This document shows, piece by piece, positions 32,095 through 41,916 of a stretch of DNA of 64,000 nucleotides. The translations under genes and the position numbers were made by a program. Position 1 is the first letter of the stretch. Every line of letters starts with the position of its first letter. The stretch is from Acidobacteriota bacterium (GTDB taxonomy: Bacteria > Acidobacteriota > UBA6911 > RPQK01 > JAJDTT01), in NCBI GenBank assembly GCA_965209055.1, contig OZ242374.1, positions 5,088,001-5,152,000 of the forward strand. Reading direction: 5' to 3'. The notes beneath the pieces were generated by a model. The model was given only the letters and a program-made list of their open reading frames with translations. It was not told the origin of the DNA and made no database searches.

Positions 32095-33360
32095 ATGCCG
32101 ATCAGTCCGCGACTCCGGTGCAGATGGGTTCTCATCTTCTGGGTCCTGGCCGCCTCCTCAACGAGAGGTTCAGGACCCGAAGTCCCAGAGGTTCCCGATC
32201 CGTTGCGTCAGCCGGTTTCCATGAGCCTGGTCGACGCCTCCCTGGTGGATTTCTTTCGCACCGTCGCGGAGTTGAGCGACCTCAACATGGTGATCGATTC
32301 CGACGTGTCGGGAAACGTGACACTGCGCGTGGAGCGGCTGGCCCTGGACCGGATCGTGGAGATGGTCCTCAAGAGCCATTCCCTGACCCGGACGGTACAG
32401 GACGACCTGATCCGCATTTCCCGTCAAGAGACTCTCCGGGCGGAGAAGGAGCGGGAACGGAAAATGCTGGAACTGGAACATGAGAGTCAGGAGCCGGCGA
32501 CCGTGGCCCGGTCCCTGAACTACGCCTCCGCCGAGGAGGCGGCCAAGAGCCTGAAGAACCAACTGGGTGAGAAGGGCCGGTTGGATGTGGACACCCGGAC
32601 CAATACCGTGTTGATGACCGACATCCCCCCTCGAGTCGCGGAGATGAATCGACTCCTCGACCGCCTGGACGTTGCGGAGCGTCAAGTCGAGATCGAGGCC
32701 AGAATCATCGAGGCCACCACCACCTTCGCCCGGAACCTGGGCCTCCAGCTCGACCTGCTGGCGGGGGAGAGCGGCCGGGGCGCCTCGGGCTCCATCCGCA
32801 TGAGCACCCCGGTGGGGCCGGCATCGGGTTCTCCCGGCGTGGCGGCCACGCCGGTGCTGGACACCGTGCGCCTGGATGCTCTTCTCACGGCCGCCGAATC
32901 AGACGGAGAAGTTCGCATCCTTTCCAAGCCCCGGGTCACCGCCCTGAACAACGTCGAGGCCATCATCACCCAGGGAGCCCGGATTCCGATTCCAGTCGAG
33001 CACGACTTCACGACCACGGTCCGCTTCGAGACTGCCGCCCTGCGACTTCTGGTGACGCCGCAGATCACGCGCGAGAAGACGGTCCTGTTGAAAATCAAGG
33101 TGGAAAACAACGTCCCCGATTTCAGCCGGACCGTTCAAGGCATCCCCACCATCCTCACCAGCGAATCCCAGACCGTAGTTCTGATCCCCCATGAGGGTAC
33201 GGCCGTAATCGGGGGGATCCTCCTGGACATCGACCGTACACTGGAGCAGAGGGTCCCCGGTCTGAGCCGCATCCCGGTCCTGGGCAGGCTCTTTCGGAGG
33301 AACTCCCAAAGCCGGGAAACCCGGGAAATTATTTTCTTCATCACGCCCCGGATCAGGTAG
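32095..33360 (+). CDS. pilQ: Short PilQ/HofQ-type secretin
   Basis: STN domain, DTRTNTVLMTD, QVEIEARIIE, LSKPRV, VPGLSRIPVLGRLF, IFFITPRI. Confidence 0.88.
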   Translation: MPISPRLRCRWVLIFWVLAASSTRGSGPEVPEVPDPLRQPVSMSLVDASLVDFFRTVAELSDLNMVIDSDVSGNVTLRVERLALDRIVEMVLKSHSLTRTVQDDLIRISRQETLRAEKERERKMLELEHESQEPATVARSLNYASAEEAAKSLKNQLGEKGRLDVDTRTNTVLMTDIPPRVAEMNRLLDRLDVAERQVEIEARIIEATTTFARNLGLQLDLLAGESGRGASGSIRMSTPVGPASGSPGVAATPVLDTVRLDALLTAAESDGEVRILSKPRVTALNNVEAIITQGARIPIPVEHDFTTTVRFETAALRLLVTPQITREKTVLLKIKVENNVPDFSRTVQGIPTILTSESQTVVLIPHEGTAVIGGILLDIDRTLEQRVPGLSRIPVLGRLFRRNSQSRETREIIFFITPRIR

Positions 33361-33376
33361 ATGGTAGAGTCCGGGG

Positions 33377-34447
33377 ATGCACGACTTTCGGGGCCGCTAT
33401 GGCCGCTTTCTGACCGCGATCGAGGGCCGTGGCCTCGACGGATTTCTGGTCCAGCACAGGCCCAATCTCGCCTACCTCTTCAACTTCAACGGCTCGGCGG
33501 GACTGGCATGCTGCCTGGGCCACGAAACCATACTCCTGGTGGACTCCCGGTATCATGAACAGGCCCGGGCCACGGCCGCGAACTGCACGCCCCGGCTGAT
33601 TCGGGGTTCGTTCGAACAGGCCCTGGAAGAGCTGTTGAACGACCGTTTTCCCGGCGGGAGCACTCGGCAACGACTCGGGTTGGAGGCCACTCACGCCAGT
33701 TGCGACCTCTGGCTGCGAATCCAGACCTGGTCGGCAGCCGTCGAGTGGGTACCGGAACACGACCTGATCGAGACCCTGCGCACCATCAAGGAACCCAGCG
33801 AAATCGAGGCGTTGGTCCATGCCTTCGAGCTGGCGCAGGGGGCCTACGCCCGCTTTCTCGACCAGATCTCCCCCGGGCTGGCCGAGGTCAGGATGGCAGG
33901 CATCCTGGAAATGGAGATGCGCGAGGCCGGAGGCGAGGGCACCGCTTTCCCCACGATCGTGGCCAGCGGGCCTCGATCGTCCCTGCCCCACGGCGTGGCC
34001 GGCGGCCGAATCTGGGGAGAGGAGGAACTCCTCCTGATCGACTTCGGGATCCGCTCAGGAGGGTATTTGAGCGATCTCACCCGCATCCACCTTCCTCGCG
34101 GAGTCGGAAAGCCGGAGATCTTCGACATTGTCTCGGAAGCGCAGCGCGCGGCGCTGGACTCCATCCGTCCCGGCGTCCGGTCCAGCGACGTGGACCGGGC
34201 GGCTCGACGCGTCATCGAAGAAGCCGGCCATGGGAACCACTTCCAACACGGCACGGGACACGGACTGGGCCTGGAAGTCCACGAACTGCCCCGAATCTCA
34301 CCGATCCGGCCCCAAACTCTCGAGCCCGGCATGGTCTTCACCGTGGAACCGGGGATCTATCTGCCCGGACGTCTGGGCGTCCGGATCGAGGACGTGGTTG
34401 CCGTGACCGAAACCGGGTACCGGCTGTTGTCCGACCAGGACCGGTGA
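33377..34447 (+). CDS. Xaa-Pro aminopeptidase (M24B)
   Basis: LIDFG, SDLTR, HGTGHGLGLEVHE, FTVEPGIY, GVRIED. Confidence 0.95.
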   Translation: MHDFRGRYGRFLTAIEGRGLDGFLVQHRPNLAYLFNFNGSAGLACCLGHETILLVDSRYHEQARATAANCTPRLIRGSFEQALEELLNDRFPGGSTRQRLGLEATHASCDLWLRIQTWSAAVEWVPEHDLIETLRTIKEPSEIEALVHAFELAQGAYARFLDQISPGLAEVRMAGILEMEMREAGGEGTAFPTIVASGPRSSLPHGVAGGRIWGEEELLLIDFGIRSGGYLSDLTRIHLPRGVGKPEIFDIVSEAQRAALDSIRPGVRSSDVDRAARRVIEEAGHGNHFQHGTGHGLGLEVHELPRISPIRPQTLEPGMVFTVEPGIYLPGRLGVRIEDVVAVTETGYRLLSDQDR

Positions 34448-34604
34448 GAAGCGAGGAAGGGGAGATTCCCCAGCCGGCAGAGGAATGGCCCTGACTGTCG
34501 CGCGCAGTGGATCGCCGGACGCAATGGGCCGTTCCGACTTGTTCCCGCGGGGCCGTGGAGACTAAACTTACACGGCGCGGGGAGAAGCCGGCGCAGGAAG
34601 AAAG

Positions 34605-35042
34605 ATGAATACCAGGGAGATCCGATCTTTACTGAAGCTCATCGACGAGTTCGATGTGGCGGAGTTCGAGTTGGAACGGGAAGGAGTCCGGCTCCGGATT
34701 CTTCGCGGCGGTGTCGACTCGCCGCCTGAACCCGCGGCTCCGTCCGTTCAGGAGGCCCCTCCCGTCGAAACTGCCCCGGCCGAGCCCGTGTCCGCCCCGG
34801 AAAACCTTCACGTCTTCACCGCGCCCATGGTGGGGACCTACTACTCTTCACCCAAGCCTGACGCAGACTCCTTCGTCCAGGTCGGAGCCACCATCCGCGA
34901 AGGGGACACTCTCTGCATCATCGAGGCCATGAAGATCTTCAATCAGATCGAGAGCGACGTGGATGGCCAGATCGTTCGCATCCTGGTTGAGACCGGCCAG
35001 CCCGTCGAATACGGTGAGCCACTGTTCGAAGTCCGCACCTAG
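34605..35042 (+). CDS. accB: Biotin carboxyl carrier protein
   Basis: [17 protein letters not shown]. Confidence 0.97.
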   Translation: MNTREIRSLLKLIDEFDVAEFELEREGVRLRILRGGVDSPPEPAAPSVQEAPPVETAPAEPVSAPENLHVFTAPMVGTYYSSPKPDADSFVQVGATIREGDTLCIIEAMKIFNQIESDVDGQIVRILVETGQPVEYGEPLFEVRT

Positions 35043-35043
35043 C

Positions 35044-36390
35044 ATGTTCAGAAAAATCCTCATCGCCAACCGGGGTGAGATCGCGCTCCGTGTCGTCGCC
35101 GCCTGCAAGGAATTGGGCATTCGCACGGTCGCAGTCTACTCGGAAGCGGATCGGGACCTGCTCCATGTCCGCTTCTCCGACGAGGCCGTCTGCATCGGCC
35201 CGCCCCGAAGCTACGACAGCTATCTGAACATCCCCAGCATCATCAGCGCGGCCGAAATCACCAACGTCGACGCCATCCATCCAGGTTACGGCTATTTGGC
35301 CGAGAGTTCCCACTTCGCGGAGGTCTGCGACAACTGCGGCATTCGGTTCATCGGCCCCTCGGCTTCTGCCATCAGCCTCATGGGAGACAAGTCCCGGGCA
35401 CGGGAGACGATTCAGGACCTGGGAATTCCCACCATTCCCGGCACCGGAGTCATCGACGGGGAAACCCCGGATCCTGCCGCATTGGCGCGGCAGGTCGGCT
35501 TTCCCCTCATCATCAAGGCGGCAGCCGGAGGCGGCGGGAAAGGGATGCGCATCATTCGCCGGGAACAGGATTTCCTGGATTCCCTGTCACTGGTCCAGTC
35601 CGAGGCGGGAAGCTCATTCGGCAACTCCCAGGTCTATCTGGAGCGGTATCTCGAGAACCCGCGCCATATCGAGTTCCAGGTCCTGGCCGACGAGCAAGGG
35701 AACATCGTCCACCTGGGGGAGCGTGACTGCTCCATCCAGCGGCGGCACCAGAAGCTGGTGGAGGAGTCGCCCAGCCCGTTTCTCAGCCCCGGCAGGCGAA
35801 TGGAGCTGGGAAGCCAAGTGGTGCGCGCCCTGAAGCAGATCGGCTATCAGAACGCCGGGACGGTGGAGTTTCTGTTCGACCAGGAGGGCAACCACTACTT
35901 CATCGAGATGAACACCAGGATCCAGGTCGAGCATCCGGTGACGGAGATGATTACGGGAATCGACATCGTGAAACAGCAGATCCTGATCGCCGCGGGCTTT
36001 CCGCTGGACTTGTCCCAGGAGGACGTGGCCTTCCGGGGAAGCAGCATCGAATGCCGGCTCAACGCCGAATCGTCCGAGACCTTCACTCCGTCACCAGGCC
36101 GAATCCATGCCTACCATGCTCCGGGAGGGCCCGGTATCCGGGTCGATTCCGCAGCCTATACGGATTGCGTCATTTCACCTCACTACGATTCCCTGATCGC
36201 CAAACTCATCGCCCACGGCAACGACCGGGACGAGGCCATCTCCCGGCTGAACCGGGCCCTGGACACCTTCATCGTGGAGGGGATCGAGACCACCCTGCCC
36301 TTCCACCGAAAGGTGATCCGCCACCCCGACTTCCTGAAGGGGAACTATGGGACCTCGTTCCTGGAGGAGTTCTCGGGAGGCGCGGCATGA
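35044..36390 (+). CDS. accC: Biotin carboxylase
   Basis: [45 protein letters not shown]. Confidence 0.98.
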   Translation: MFRKILIANRGEIALRVVAACKELGIRTVAVYSEADRDLLHVRFSDEAVCIGPPRSYDSYLNIPSIISAAEITNVDAIHPGYGYLAESSHFAEVCDNCGIRFIGPSASAISLMGDKSRARETIQDLGIPTIPGTGVIDGETPDPAALARQVGFPLIIKAAAGGGGKGMRIIRREQDFLDSLSLVQSEAGSSFGNSQVYLERYLENPRHIEFQVLADEQGNIVHLGERDCSIQRRHQKLVEESPSPFLSPGRRMELGSQVVRALKQIGYQNAGTVEFLFDQEGNHYFIEMNTRIQVEHPVTEMITGIDIVKQQILIAAGFPLDLSQEDVAFRGSSIECRLNAESSETFTPSPGRIHAYHAPGGPGIRVDSAAYTDCVISPHYDSLIAKLIAHGNDRDEAISRLNRALDTFIVEGIETTLPFHRKVIRHPDFLKGNYGTSFLEEFSGGAA

Positions 36391-37733
36391 GCGAACCCGC
36401 CGGGGCCAATCAGAGAGGCTACTGGGGCTCCGGGCTCGGTTTCGTCCTGGCTGTGGTCGGTTCAGCCATCGGGCTCGGCAATATCTGGCGGTTCCCCACC
36501 GAGGCGGGACAGAGCGGAGGGGGCGCCTTCGTTCTGGTCTACGTGATCGCTACTTTTATGATCGGGGTCCCGGTCATGCTGGCCGAGTTGGCCGTGGGCC
36601 GGAGAACCCAGCGAAATCCGGTCGGAGCCTACCGGAGCCTGGCTCCCGGAAGCGGCTGGGGACTGGCCGGAGGGTTCGCCGTCTTCACCGGCTTGATCAT
36701 CCTGAGCTACTACAGCGTGGTCGCCGGCTGGACACTCAAATACACCTGGATCGCATTCAGCGGCTCCCTGCACGGCGCCACTCCGGAGGCCATCAGCGCG
36801 ACTTTCAACAATTTCATCCAGGATCCGGTACCGGTGCTCGGCTGCCACCTTCTCTTCATGCTCATCACCATCCGGATTGTCATGAGGGGCATACGGCATG
36901 GGATCGAACGAGCCGCCAAGATCCTCATGCCCGTGCTGTTCGTGCTTCTGATTCTGCTGGTGGTCCGTTCATTGACCCTTCCGGGAGCCGCCGAAGGCCT
37001 CCGCTTCTACCTCAAGCCCGACTTCGGAATGCTGGATGTCAAGGTGATCCTGAAAGCCGTGAGTCATGCCTTCTTCTCGCTGAGCCTGGGAATGGGCGCC
37101 ATCATCACTTTTGGAAGCTACCTGTCGCCCAAGCAGAATTTGGTGTCCAGCGCCGTATGGGTGAGCTGCGCCGACTTCCTGATCGCATTCCTGGCCGGCC
37201 TGGCCATATTCCCGGCGATCTTTTCGGTTCCGGGCCTGGAACCCGACGCCGGGCCGGGGCTGATCTTCGTGGTTCTCCCCAACATCTTCAATGCCATCCC
37301 CCTGGGACACCTCTTCGGAGCGGCTTTTTTCATCCTGCTGGCCATAGCGGCGCTGACTTCCGCCATCTCCATGTTGGAGGTGGTCGTCTCCTTCACCATC
37401 GACGAGTTGGGATGGGACCGCCGCCGATCGGCCATCGGAGTCGGCAGCGTGATCTTCCTCCTGGGAATCCCCAGTGCGTTGGGCAACGGCGCCGTTCCGC
37501 TGTTTTCCGGAACCCTCGATTTCGTGAACGAATATTTTGGCGGGATGGGATTGGTCTTGGGTGCTCTGCTGGTAAGCCTCTTCGTGGGCTGGAAGTGGGG
37601 TATCGGCAACGCCGTCGCGGAGTTGGAGCGGGGCCGCGGCACTTTCCGCTTGGGAAAGGTCTGGGGGTTCCTGATCCGGTTCGTCTGCCCGCTGGCCATC
37701 CTCACGATCCTCTTTCAGCTCCTCAGGGGATGA
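36387..37733 (+). CDS. Sodium-dependent transporter, NSS/SNF family
   Basis: [26 protein letters not shown]; many TM helices. Confidence 0.95.
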   Translation: MSEPAGANQRGYWGSGLGFVLAVVGSAIGLGNIWRFPTEAGQSGGGAFVLVYVIATFMIGVPVMLAELAVGRRTQRNPVGAYRSLAPGSGWGLAGGFAVFTGLIILSYYSVVAGWTLKYTWIAFSGSLHGATPEAISATFNNFIQDPVPVLGCHLLFMLITIRIVMRGIRHGIERAAKILMPVLFVLLILLVVRSLTLPGAAEGLRFYLKPDFGMLDVKVILKAVSHAFFSLSLGMGAIITFGSYLSPKQNLVSSAVWVSCADFLIAFLAGLAIFPAIFSVPGLEPDAGPGLIFVVLPNIFNAIPLGHLFGAAFFILLAIAALTSAISMLEVVVSFTIDELGWDRRRSAIGVGSVIFLLGIPSALGNGAVPLFSGTLDFVNEYFGGMGLVLGALLVSLFVGWKWGIGNAVAELERGRGTFRLGKVWGFLIRFVCPLAILTILFQLLRG

Positions 37734-37739
37734 GGCGCC

Positions 37740-38384
37740 ATGCCCAAGTCCCTGCCCGGCCCCCTCTATCCCATCACTCACTGCCCCAACCCGCAGGGCT
37801 GGGATCACGTGGCCTTCTCCGACTGCCTGATCCGTTGCGGGATCCGGTTTTTCCAGGTCCGGGACAAGACGCTTCCGGACGGCCATCTCTACCGGCAGCT
37901 CCTGAAGATCCGTTTACTGTGCCGGGAGGCGGGAGCCTGTTTCGTGGTCAATGACCGGGTGGACATGGCTCTGGCGGCCGAGGCCGATGGCGTCCATCTG
38001 GGCCAGGACGACCTTCCGGCGGCGGCCGCCCGGCGACTCCTGGGAGAGGGAGCGGTCATCGGACTTTCCACCCACAATTGGGACCAGTTCAGAAGGGGAC
38101 TGGAGGAGCCGGTGGACTACCTCGCGGTGGGCCCCGTTTTCCCCACCCATACCAAGGAGGATGCGGCTCCTGTCCTGGGCCTGGAGCTGCTCCGAAGGGC
38201 CTCCCGCAGCACCGATCTCCCCTTGGTCGCCATTGGCGGAATCTCGGTGGAGAAGGCCCCCGGCGCGTGGCAGTCCGGGGCCCGTTCGGTGGCGGTGATC
38301 TCCGACGTCGCCGGTGCCGAGAGTCCGGAGCGCCGGATTCGAGCCTACCTGGAACGGTCACGGGTACGGGTCGGGGCGACATGA
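37740..38384 (+). CDS. thiE: Thiamine-phosphate synthase
   Basis: QVRDK, VNDRVD, GVHLGQDD, GLSTH, GPVFPT.TK, VAIGGI. Confidence 0.95.
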   Translation: MPKSLPGPLYPITHCPNPQGWDHVAFSDCLIRCGIRFFQVRDKTLPDGHLYRQLLKIRLLCREAGACFVVNDRVDMALAAEADGVHLGQDDLPAAAARRLLGEGAVIGLSTHNWDQFRRGLEEPVDYLAVGPVFPTHTKEDAAPVLGLELLRRASRSTDLPLVAIGGISVEKAPGAWQSGARSVAVISDVAGAESPERRIRAYLERSRVRVGAT

Positions 38385-38977
38385 ATCTCCTGCTGTTCGA
38401 GTCTCGGCGAGGCCATGCACTGCCCGTGCTGGAACCCCTTCCGAAGGAGGCGTATCGCCAGCGGCGGAAGGAGACGACGCGGTGGTCTCGGCTGCAGGGC
38501 CGGGTCCGTTCCACGTATCGCCGATTGGAAGAGCGTTTCGATTACGACGAGAGGCTCTGCTCGGCGCTTCACCACGTTCCCGAACTGACGGTGCGCCACT
38601 CCAGCCGCCTGGGCGGAGAGGCCGCGCGAAACCTGCTGCATCGCTTTTTCAAGCGGCAGCGCCTGAAGCATTCCGCGTGGCTCAAGGTGGATCTGGTCCT
38701 CGCCGGACTGGGCAGCGTCCTCACCCCCATTCCGGGACCCAACGTCTTTTTCTTCTATCCGGCCATCCGGGCATTCGGCCACTATACGGCGCTCCGGGGA
38801 GTGCGGGATCCAGCCAGGCTGGATCGGTCGTCATTTGTGTCCGAGCCCCTGATCGACCAGGTTCAGGCGAACATGGATCGAATCGAAGACATCCGTCCGT
38901 TACTGGTCCAACTGGAGCGGCGTTACAACCTGACAGAATTGGAACGGCGCCTTTTTTCCGGGGGGACCCGGCGCTGA
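38381..38977 (+). CDS. Hypothetical membrane-associated protein resembling the mitochondrial K+/H+ exchange-related family
   Basis: ATGA overlap with thiE; LTPIPGPNVFFFYPAIRAFGHYTALRG motif (family assignment recalled, not searched). Confidence 0.65.
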   Translation: MNLLLFESRRGHALPVLEPLPKEAYRQRRKETTRWSRLQGRVRSTYRRLEERFDYDERLCSALHHVPELTVRHSSRLGGEAARNLLHRFFKRQRLKHSAWLKVDLVLAGLGSVLTPIPGPNVFFFYPAIRAFGHYTALRGVRDPARLDRSSFVSEPLIDQVQANMDRIEDIRPLLVQLERRYNLTELERRLFSGGTRR

Positions 38978-38993
38978 CTTCCGGCAGCGAGAC

Positions 38994-40082
38994 TCAGGTT
39001 GGGGCCAAATATCCGTCCAATAGGAAATCCCGGCCCAGTCTCCTGACCTTGAGACTCGAAACGGCGAGGGCATCGGCGAGGCGGTTGACCTGGAGCTCTC
39101 CCACCCCCGGTATGCCTGAGCTGCCGAGAATCTTGGGACCGTAGTAGAAGTGGACCCGCTGGATGACGCCCGCCTGCAGGGACGATCCGGCGACTCGGCC
39201 GCCCCCCTCCACGATGAGACTGTTTATGGAATCCCCGCCCAGAGACTCCAGCACCGCCGGCCAGGAAAGGAACGGTCCTTCTTGCGGTACTCGCACCAAG
39301 CGGGCTTTGCCCGCGAGGGGACTGCCGGGCGGACACGGACTACTGTGAAAAATCCATACGGGATCGCCTGACAGGAAGAGCCTGGACTTCACCGGCGTCC
39401 GCAACCGAGAGTCCAGAACGATCTTCCGGATCCGCTTCCTCGACCTCCACCGCACATCCAGCGACGGATCGTCCGTCAGGACCGTCTCTATTCCCACCAG
39501 AATGGCGTCGTAGAGAAAACGGTGACGGTGCACGTGCCGCCTCGCCTTCTCGCCCGTGATCCACTTGGAATCGCCTCCCGGCGCGGCGATCCTGCCATCC
39601 AGGGTGAGCGCCAGCTTGAGCAGGCAGAAAGGTTTCCGGTGCCGGACGAAGAAAAAGAAGGCTTCGTTGAGCCGGCGAGCCTCCTCCCCGCACAACCCCT
39701 CGTGGATTCGAATCCCGCGGGAACGAAGGTATTGCACCCCCTTGCCCGCGACTTGGGGCGAAGGGTCCGTCACGGCCACGAAGACCTCCCGGATCCCGGC
39801 TTCGGCGACTCTCTGCATGCAGGGAGGGGTCCGGCCCCAATGCGCACAGGGCTCCAAGGTGACGTACAGGGTGGCTCCCCGGGCGCGGCTTCCGGCCCGG
39901 TCCAGAGCGACCACCTCGGCGTGATGCCGTTTCCCATAGAGATGATAGCCCTCGCCCACTACATGTCCGTCCTGCACGACCACGGCTCCCACCATGGGGT
40001 TGGGGCTGACCCGGCCGGCACCTCGCCGGGCAAGTTGGAGTGCGCGGCGCATGAAACGGACGTCCGAGTCGGAGGCAGGCAT
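38994..40082 (-). CDS. ribD: Riboflavin biosynthesis deaminase/reductase
   Basis: PNPMVG, HAE, TLEPCAHWGRTPPC, TLDGRIA, VEGG. Confidence 0.97.
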   Translation of the reverse strand: MPASDSDVRFMRRALQLARRGAGRVSPNPMVGAVVVQDGHVVGEGYHLYGKRHHAEVVALDRAGSRARGATLYVTLEPCAHWGRTPPCMQRVAEAGIREVFVAVTDPSPQVAGKGVQYLRSRGIRIHEGLCGEEARRLNEAFFFFVRHRKPFCLLKLALTLDGRIAAPGGDSKWITGEKARRHVHRHRFLYDAILVGIETVLTDDPSLDVRWRSRKRIRKIVLDSRLRTPVKSRLFLSGDPVWIFHSSPCPPGSPLAGKARLVRVPQEGPFLSWPAVLESLGGDSINSLIVEGGGRVAGSSLQAGVIQRVHFYYGPKILGSSGIPGVGELQVNRLADALAVSSLKVRRLGRDFLLDGYLAPT

Positions 40083-40228
40083 GGGATGTTGTCACCGGTC
40101 CTTCATCGTTCGCGCCAGCCTGTGGCCTGCACGGAATGCGCGCCCGGAATCCTCACCGGGTCACCGAGTGTATGACGAATCGGGTCTGATCCGCAGGCAC
40201 TGCCGCGTCGGAAATCGGACGGTCCGGG

Positions 40229-41506
40229 TCACGCCCCGGACTGGGCAGGAGTCTCCGCCAGCGCCAGGCGGATCCGAAGGGTGTTGATCCTTCTCTGATC
40301 GGCGGCGAGAACCTCGACTCGGATGCCGTTGATATCGGTCGTCTCGCCCGGATGCGGAACCCGGCCCATCTGGGAGACGACGACGCCGGAAACCGTCGTA
40401 AAGTGGGTGACCCCCAAGCTCAGACCCAGAGCCTTCTCCAGGTTCTCGATTTCGGCCGCGCCCCGGACGATATAGCTTCCGTCCCCCTCGGCAATCAGGT
40501 CCACCAACTGCATCTCGTCCTCATCTCGAATCTCGCCCACGATCTCCTCGATCAGATCCTCGATGCTGACCAGTCCACTGACCGCTCCATGCTCGTTGAT
40601 GACGATGGCAATGTGCTCGGCGCTCCTTTGCATCTCTCGAAAGAGGTCCGCCACCTTCTTGGTCTCAGGAACGAACAATGGCGACGTCATCAGCCGCGTC
40701 ACCGGTGCGTCACCACTCTCCGCGGTGAGATAGGAAAGCAGGTTCCGCACATAGACGATGCCCACGATTTCATCCAGGTCCCTTCGATAGACCGGTATGC
40801 GGGAATGCTTCCGGGAGACGATGAGATCCCGCATCTCGGAGATGGTGGTGGTCTGAGGAGTCGCCACGACCTGGGTCCGGGGGGTCATGATCTCCTTGAC
40901 CCGCGTGTTCCCGAACTCCAGCGCCGAAAGGATCAGATCACCCTCCCGGCCCTCGATGATCCCCTCCTCCTCCCCGACGTCCACATAGGCTTCAAATTCG
41001 CCTTCCGTCGATTCTTCCTCCTGGCCTCCCGTTTCGTCACCGTTGGCGGACACCCGGTCGAAGGGCTTGAGCAAGGACGCCATGGGACGACTGATCCAGG
41101 CCATGAAGGGGTAACACCGGGACAGCACCGGCACCAGGCGCAGAAGGGCCTGTTCCGGATACCGGGTCGCCATGATGGGAAGCACCAGCAACACCAACAC
41201 AAAGGTCGACAGAATCGCCAGCAACGCCCACCAGGCGCCCTGAATCGGCCGGAGCTCAAGGAAGAACCCGGTCGCGAAAACGACCAGCGCAATCTGAATG
41301 CAAAGGAGCACGAGGCGAACCGGAAGCAGGAAGCGGCTCCGGTCCGAGGTGATGGTCTCCACAAGACCCGGCGCCTGAGACGCCCCCCGCATCGAGAGTA
41401 TCCTGAGAGTGAGGCGGGAGATTCGAATGACGGCAGTCTCAACCACCGAGAGAAAGAGGAGAATCAGAAGAGAGAGCGCCAACAACAGGGCGACCGCCCA
41501 ACTCAA
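40229..41506 (-). CDS. HlyC/CorC family CNNM-CBS-CorC membrane protein
   Basis: N-terminal TMs, IMTPR, HSRIPVY, FVPETK, EDLIEEIVGEI. Confidence 0.92.
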   Translation of the reverse strand: MSWAVALLLALSLLILLFLSVVETAVIRISRLTLRILSMRGASQAPGLVETITSDRSRFLLPVRLVLLCIQIALVVFATGFFLELRPIQGAWWALLAILSTFVLVLLVLPIMATRYPEQALLRLVPVLSRCYPFMAWISRPMASLLKPFDRVSANGDETGGQEEESTEGEFEAYVDVGEEEGIIEGREGDLILSALEFGNTRVKEIMTPRTQVVATPQTTTISEMRDLIVSRKHSRIPVYRRDLDEIVGIVYVRNLLSYLTAESGDAPVTRLMTSPLFVPETKKVADLFREMQRSAEHIAIVINEHGAVSGLVSIEDLIEEIVGEIRDEDEMQLVDLIAEGDGSYIVRGAAEIENLEKALGLSLGVTHFTTVSGVVVSQMGRVPHPGETTDINGIRVEVLAADQRRINTLRIRLALAETPAQSGA

Positions 41507-41916
41507 TGAAGTTGAAACTCCCTTCTCAACTGCACTTCCATTGATTCCATTTCACCTGAGTCGACCTCATGGTCATGCCCCATGAGATGGAGAAGACCAT
41601 GGAGAGCCAACACTTTCAGTTCCGTCTGCAGAAGCCCTCGGCGCTGCCGGTCGGCGGTTTCCACTGAAATCAGGATATCACCCAGGTAGGACTCCTCGCC
41701 CATGGGGAATGCGAGAACGTCAGTCGGTTCAGGCACCCCCCGGAAGCGGCGGTTGTAGAGCCGGATTCCGCGGTCGCTGACGAGGACGGTGGAGAACTCC
41801 GCCGTGATCCCCAGCCTGTGAGCCAGACGTCCCAAGAACTCCTCGAGACGCCGTGTCTCGACCAGGATCTTTTTCTGCCTATTGAATACGTGGATGCGGG
41901 AGTTGCTCTTCCTCAA
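41503..41916 (-). CDS. ybeY: Endoribonuclease YbeY
   Basis: PTDVLAFP, LGDILIS, HGLLHLMGHDH. Confidence 0.95.
   Translation of the reverse strand: MRKSNSRIHVFNRQKKILVETRRLEEFLGRLAHRLGITAEFSTVLVSDRGIRLYNRRFRGVPEPTDVLAFPMGEESYLGDILISVETADRQRRGLLQTELKVLALHGLLHLMGHDHEVDSGEMESMEVQLRREFQLH

Noticed and set aside
40083-40228. Possible FMN riboswitch upstream of ribD (minus-strand GACCCGGTGAGGATTCCGGG)
   Set aside because: Only one hairpin resembles the RFN element; the other conserved blocks are absent. An Infernal search would settle it.
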